Below, piece by piece: positions 60,081-64,000 of a stretch of DNA of 64,000 nucleotides. This DNA comes from an uncultured bacterium (GTDB taxonomy: Bacteria; Acidobacteriota; Thermoanaerobaculia; Multivoradales; JAHZIX01), in assembly GCA_965368975.1 (NCBI GenBank), contig CBDUPA010000011.1, positions 32,001 to 96,000 of the forward strand, given 5' to 3'. The translations under genes were made by a program, and so were the position numbers. Under the pieces are notes generated by a model. The model searched no databases. It saw nothing but the letters and a program-made list of their open reading frames with translations, and was not told the origin of the DNA. Within the stretch, counting starts at the first letter, position 1; each line of letters starts with the position of its first letter.

Positions 60081-60203
60081 GGGCCGGACCTCGACCGCCC
60101 ACGGCGTGGTATCAGGGAGCGCGCCAGCAGCGGGCACCAACGGCGCCACCGCTGCACACGCTCCCGTGTGCCTCCTGGTCTCATGGGACCTCCGATGTCT
60201 GTA

Positions 60204-60304
60204 TTGACGCGGGGACCCCAGGGGTCTAGGATGGGGCTGCTTCCAATAAGCGCCCTGACTCCGCGTCAGGTTTAAGGGAACCCCGGCTGCAACCGGGGTT
60301 TTCT
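60204..60304 (+). ncRNA. Candidate ~65-nt small RNA with its own promoter and terminator-like hairpin
   Basis: TTGACG-17-TAGGAT; hairpin CCTGAC/GTCAGG; hairpin AACCCCGG-CTGCAA-CCGGGGTT followed by TTCT. Confidence 0.5.
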
Positions 60305-60419
60305 GCTGTCTGGGGGAGAGCTTGAAGGCTCAGACGAAGCGAATCAAGAGGTCCGAGAATTTGACCTGGTGAGCACTAACTTTTCCAGGCGGGCCACCAT
60401 CAAAATTAACTTTTCCAGC

Positions 60420-61055
60420 TCAATCCGGATCTTTTCCAGCTTTCCCCAAATCTTTTCCAGTTGTTGGCATAGATGCCCAGGCCAGATCCCGCTTCGCTTC
60501 GCGAAGATCTCTGAGGAGGGCTTCTTTGCGTTTGAGCGCTTGGTGCTCCTGCATGCGCTCTTGAAGCTCTCTTTTTGCAGCCTCCTGAGTTGGCAGCTCT
60601 TTGCTGTTCAGAAGCACGGAAAGCAAGGCTTCGTCATCAGCTTCAACCCAGATCAGCCTCTCAAGCAGCCGCTTGACCGCTGCAAGATCGCTCTTGATGC
60701 GATCCGCCGATGCAGACAGATTTATGCCCAGCTCCTCAGCTGCGGGGCGAAGCTCTTCCAGCTTGGCTAGGGCCTGCTTCTCTACCTGCTTTCGGCGCTG
60801 GTAGTGAGCTTCAATGCGGCGTTCAGTGGATGGCTTGAGCGGCTTTGGCCTCTTCATGCCACCAGACGCCAAGAAGCCGGGGAAGCCCTTTCGTAACGTC
60901 CCTTCCAGGGTTGGCTTCAGCCTGTGTCTAGCAATGATGCGCTGAGCTAGCTCGGTGTTTGAGAGGCGCCTTGTTCCACCTTCCTCGCGGATGATCTCGC
61001 CCATCTCGTACCAGTAGAACGAGTAATCGCCCGGCTTTGGCCCTGGTTTCGCCAC
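60420..61055 (-). CDS. Hypothetical basic, coiled-coil passenger protein
   Basis: GTG start after a G-rich RBS; KPGPKPG N-terminus; helical K/E-rich body. Confidence 0.6.
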   Translation of the reverse strand: MAKPGPKPGDYSFYWYEMGEIIREEGGTRRLSNTELAQRIIARHRLKPTLEGTLRKGFPGFLASGGMKRPKPLKPSTERRIEAHYQRRKQVEKQALAKLEELRPAAEELGINLSASADRIKSDLAAVKRLLERLIWVEADDEALLSVLLNSKELPTQEAAKRELQERMQEHQALKRKEALLRDLREAKRDLAWASMPTTGKDLGKAGKDPD

Positions 61056-61193
61056 AGCACCCCCACAGTGCACCCACACCGGAGGAAGTGCGGCGCGGCA
61101 GGCTGGGGTGTGGGGTTCCCAGCTTTTCGGCGGCCATTCCTAGCCGCGCCTTGAAACTGAATCTGAGGGGATTCTACAGGAAGGGAGGCGGGA

Positions 61194-61565
61194 TCAGCTC
61201 AGAGCCACTTCGAGGCTGTCGGCGATGGCTCCGACACGCGGCGCGGTCTGCCCGGCAAGCTGCGACAGGCGCACGCCATCGGCCCCAAGCTGGCTTTCGA
61301 TGTAGGACCGGCCCACGGTGGCGAAGAAGCCTTGCAGGTGCCGCAGGTCGCGAATACCGGCGCGGATCTCCGAACGGGTGACGGTGGCCTCGATCAGCTC
61401 GCGCTGTGGCAGCTCCAAGGCCATCAGGTAGAGCGAGCGTCCGACGGTGCGCCACGCTTGCCGGTACTCGGGCGCTACGTGGAGCGTGAGGAAGGTTTCC
61501 CGGAAGAACGGGAAGTCCTCCCATTGGGAAGGGTCGAAGCGGGTAGACTGCGTTTCAGCGGCCAT
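61194..61565 (-). CDS. Hypothetical passenger protein
   Basis: AGGAG RBS, ATG, 123 aa helical ORF. Confidence 0.7.
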   Translation of the reverse strand: MAAETQSTRFDPSQWEDFPFFRETFLTLHVAPEYRQAWRTVGRSLYLMALELPQRELIEATVTRSEIRAGIRDLRHLQGFFATVGRSYIESQLGADGVRLSQLAGQTAPRVGAIADSLEVALS

Positions 61566-61827
61566 AGGTCTAGCTCCTGTGGTCGTCAGGCTCGGCCGTT
61601 GTGTGTCAGCACTCGGTCGAGCCGCTTTCCTGGTTTGGGGCTCGGAAGCCCCGGCTTCAGGTGCAGTCTACGGTGGAGTTCTCCGCCCGTGTTCCGAAGG
61701 AACCCGCCAACACGCTGTTAGGACACGACCTCGCATCACATCCATCTCTTGTCGCGACCTCTTCAACGCTGGGTCGCTTCTTCAACGCCCATCGGTCTTC
61801 GGCACCCAGTCGCCATTCTGATGGTTG

Positions 61828-63282
61828 TCACTGCAAGTACCCCAAAGCCTTCAGCCGCGCCGTCGTTTCTTCCGCTGCCTGGATGCTCTGTCGTCGATCC
61901 TCGCCCTGACGGTCGAGCCACCGCATGAGTTCTCGGCGCATGGTGCGGTAGGTTTCCGGCTGGGTCTGCTGAAGCTCTCGTTGCTCGTCCGGATCGGCTT
62001 GCAAGTCGAACAGGCGTCCCTGGTTCTCGCGCAGGTTGTAGATCAGCTTGTAGCGACCCTCGCGCATCGAGCGGTAGACGTTCTGGACGCTGTGGGAGAT
62101 CTCGAAGCCCTCGACGCCCGGCTCGGTTGCCATGCCGCGTTCGATCAACGGACGCAGGCTGTTGCCCTCGAAGGGCGCAGCCTCGATCCGCACGCCGACG
62201 TAATCGAGGATCGTCGGTACGATGTCGAGGTTGCTCGTGATCGCGTCAACGCGGGAACCGGTGTCCATTGTGCGCAGCGATGCCGGGGGCTTGACGACCA
62301 AGGGGGTGCCAATGACGGCCTGGTAGAGCGAGCGACAATGCTTGATGTGTTCGTGCTCGAGGAACTCCTCGCCGTGGTCGGAGGCGACGACTACCAGAAG
62401 CTCGTCGAGCAGGCCGCGTTCGTCCAGCCGCGCGAGTAAGGCACCCAGCTGCTGGTCGAAGAAAGCGATCTCTTCGTCGTAGAGGTCGACCAGGTGCTCC
62501 AGGTCCCGCCCGCTGATCTCGACTTCCTCACCGTCGTCGTAGAGCATGCGGGCGATCGGGTTGGGGTTGCCCATGGCGACGAAGTCGTGCCCCTCGTAGG
62601 GGCGCAGGAAGCGCGGCTGGTGGATCGCTGGCGGACGGTAGGGGCCGTGTGGCTCCATGTAGTGCAGGTAGAGGAAGAAGGGGACGTCGTCTTCCTCGGC
62701 GTTCTCCGGCGTCCGCTCCGTATCTAGCAAGTGCAGCGCGCGATTGTTGACGCAGATCGCGTGATTCCACTCGCAGTGCTCGTCGAAGACATCGAAGCCC
62801 CCGCCGAACCCCCCGTCGGGATTGTGCTTGGAGGGCGTTGCCCGGACGATCGGGCTGGCCGAGACACCGAGGGTTCGGTAGCCGTGGTGCTGCAACACCT
62901 GGGGCAGTGACAGCAGGCGATCCGGAATACCCATGTAGCGCTTGCTACCGGTGAAGAAGAGCGCCGGCCCGCGCGAGGTGAGCATCGAGTTGACGGACGG
63001 GTAGGTGCAGGCGGCTTGGCTGCTGTGGTTCTCGAACAGGAAGTTGTTCGCCGCCAGGGCGTCGAGGTTGGGACTGGTATCGCGCGCATAGCCGTAGCTG
63101 CCGAGGTGATCGGCACGCAGCGTGTCGACGACGATCAGCAGTACATTGCGCGGGGTCTCACTCGGTGGTTCGCTCGCCGCACTTCCGGCCCCACCCTCCG
63201 GGGGTGCACAACCGATCGACGCCAGAACTATGAGGCCGAGGCTCCAGGCGAGAGCCGCACAAATTCGACAGCTGCCCATCAA
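61828..63282 (-). CDS. Sulfatase-like lipoprotein
   Basis: NVLLIVVDTLRADHL, HYMEPHGPY, SDHGE, LKALGY motifs; active-site region ACTYPS rather than CxPxR. Confidence 0.88.
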   Translation of the reverse strand: MMGSCRICAALAWSLGLIVLASIGCAPPEGGAGSAASEPPSETPRNVLLIVVDTLRADHLGSYGYARDTSPNLDALAANNFLFENHSSQAACTYPSVNSMLTSRGPALFFTGSKRYMGIPDRLLSLPQVLQHHGYRTLGVSASPIVRATPSKHNPDGGFGGGFDVFDEHCEWNHAICVNNRALHLLDTERTPENAEEDDVPFFLYLHYMEPHGPYRPPAIHQPRFLRPYEGHDFVAMGNPNPIARMLYDDGEEVEISGRDLEHLVDLYDEEIAFFDQQLGALLARLDERGLLDELLVVVASDHGEEFLEHEHIKHCRSLYQAVIGTPLVVKPPASLRTMDTGSRVDAITSNLDIVPTILDYVGVRIEAAPFEGNSLRPLIERGMATEPGVEGFEISHSVQNVYRSMREGRYKLIYNLRENQGRLFDLQADPDEQRELQQTQPETYRTMRRELMRWLDRQGEDRRQSIQAAEETTARLKALGYLQ

Positions 63283-64000
63283 CGCTTCTGAGTCAGGCTC
63301 TCGGCCAGCGCTCGCAGGTGCTGTTGCGTCTCTTCACTGAACCAGTCTTCGAGCACGGTCTCGGTATCCCGTTCGACACCCTCGTCGATCAACTGCACCA
63401 GGTGCCGGCGCGCCAGCAGCCGGGTGCGACCCTGGGCGATCTGCGGCAGCTGGGTACGATCTTGCGCCCAGGCCAGAGCCCTGGCTTCGACGGCGCCTGC
63501 AATGCTTTCACTCCCGGCGTCTTCGTTCTCGACGTCCACGACTTCGTCCACCAGGCCGACCTGGTGGGCTTCGGCTGCCGGCAGCAACAGGCCGCCGCTC
63601 CCGAGATGCGCGGCACGATGGTGTCCCACGGTGTACTGGAGCGCTTCCAGGATCACCTGCGGCAGTGGCAAACCGACGCGGACTTCGTTGAAGCCGATGC
63701 GAAAACGGCCGCCGGCCATCACGCGGTAGTCGCAGAACAAGGACAGCACCGCGCCACCGGCGGGGCTGTGACCTCCGATCGCTGCCACTACCGGCAGGCG
63801 CGATGCGGCCAGAGTTCGCAAGATGGTGTAGAAGCAGCGCCACACCGTGGCCAGAGCGTCGCGCTCGAGCTGCAACAGCCGCGGCACGTCGAGGCCGGCG
63901 CTGAACATTCCCGGGCGTCCGGCGAGCACCAGCGCACCGATGTCACCATTGCTCTCGGCCTCGCGCAGCGCGGCCAGGAAGCTGTCGAGGAAGGCCGGGC
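63279..64000 (-). CDS. Enoyl-CoA hydratase/isomerase family protein, 5'-truncated by the window
   Basis: FSAGLD, GHSPAGG, CDYRVM, IGFNEV motifs. Confidence 0.88.
   Translation of the reverse strand, partial: PAFLDSFLAALREAESNGDIGALVLAGRPGMFSAGLDVPRLLQLERDALATVWRCFYTILRTLAASRLPVVAAIGGHSPAGGAVLSLFCDYRVMAGGRFRIGFNEVRVGLPLPQVILEALQYTVGHHRAAHLGSGGLLLPAAEAHQVGLVDEVVDVENEDAGSESIAGAVEARALAWAQDRTQLPQIAQGRTRLLARRHLVQLIDEGVERDTETVLEDWFSEETQQHLRALAESLTQKR

Larger units (their letters stand above)
57977..61730. mobile_element. IS1-family transposon with passenger genes, 3754 bp
   Basis: Terminal IRs GGTCGTGTCCTAACAGC(G)TGTTGGCGG at 57977-58002 and 61704-61730; 8-bp duplication TCGCATCA at 57969-57976 and 61731-61738; internal DDE transposase. 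Confidence 0.92.

Overview
GC-rich bacterial chromosomal window. Gene content (ECF/Ser-Thr kinase pair, IPTL-CTERM protein, CRTAC1/TPR pair, atypical Hfq) suggests Acidobacteriota, possibly Thermoanaerobaculia; this is inference. Left to right: 3' end of a PKS/NRPS-type class III aminotransferase, a PlpD-like patatin-Omp85 protein, and a 2947-aa RHS protein whose N-terminus reads signal-cohesin-IPTL-CTERM-second signal-dockerin, divergent from a kinase/ECF pair. Next is a ~9 kb accessory block bracketed by two ~90% identical copies of the 3' end of an SNF2 helicase gene; it holds a sigma54 promoter with enhancer-like sites, secreted proteins, an atypical NtrC-type activator and a YtrA-ABC operon. 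Core genes follow (pyk, tnaA, pta, purD, ricT-like, hfq-like, pdxA, Fe3+-type ABC, MFS, tRNA-fMet), with an orphan diaminobutyrate-like (ASL / ATP-grasp-PduX kinase / PLP synthase) cassette after pyk. Near the right end is a complete 3754-bp IS1-family cargo transposon with terminal inverted repeats, an 8-bp target duplication, a divergent RHH regulator with twin operators and a candidate small RNA. All calls are from manual reading; no database searches were run.
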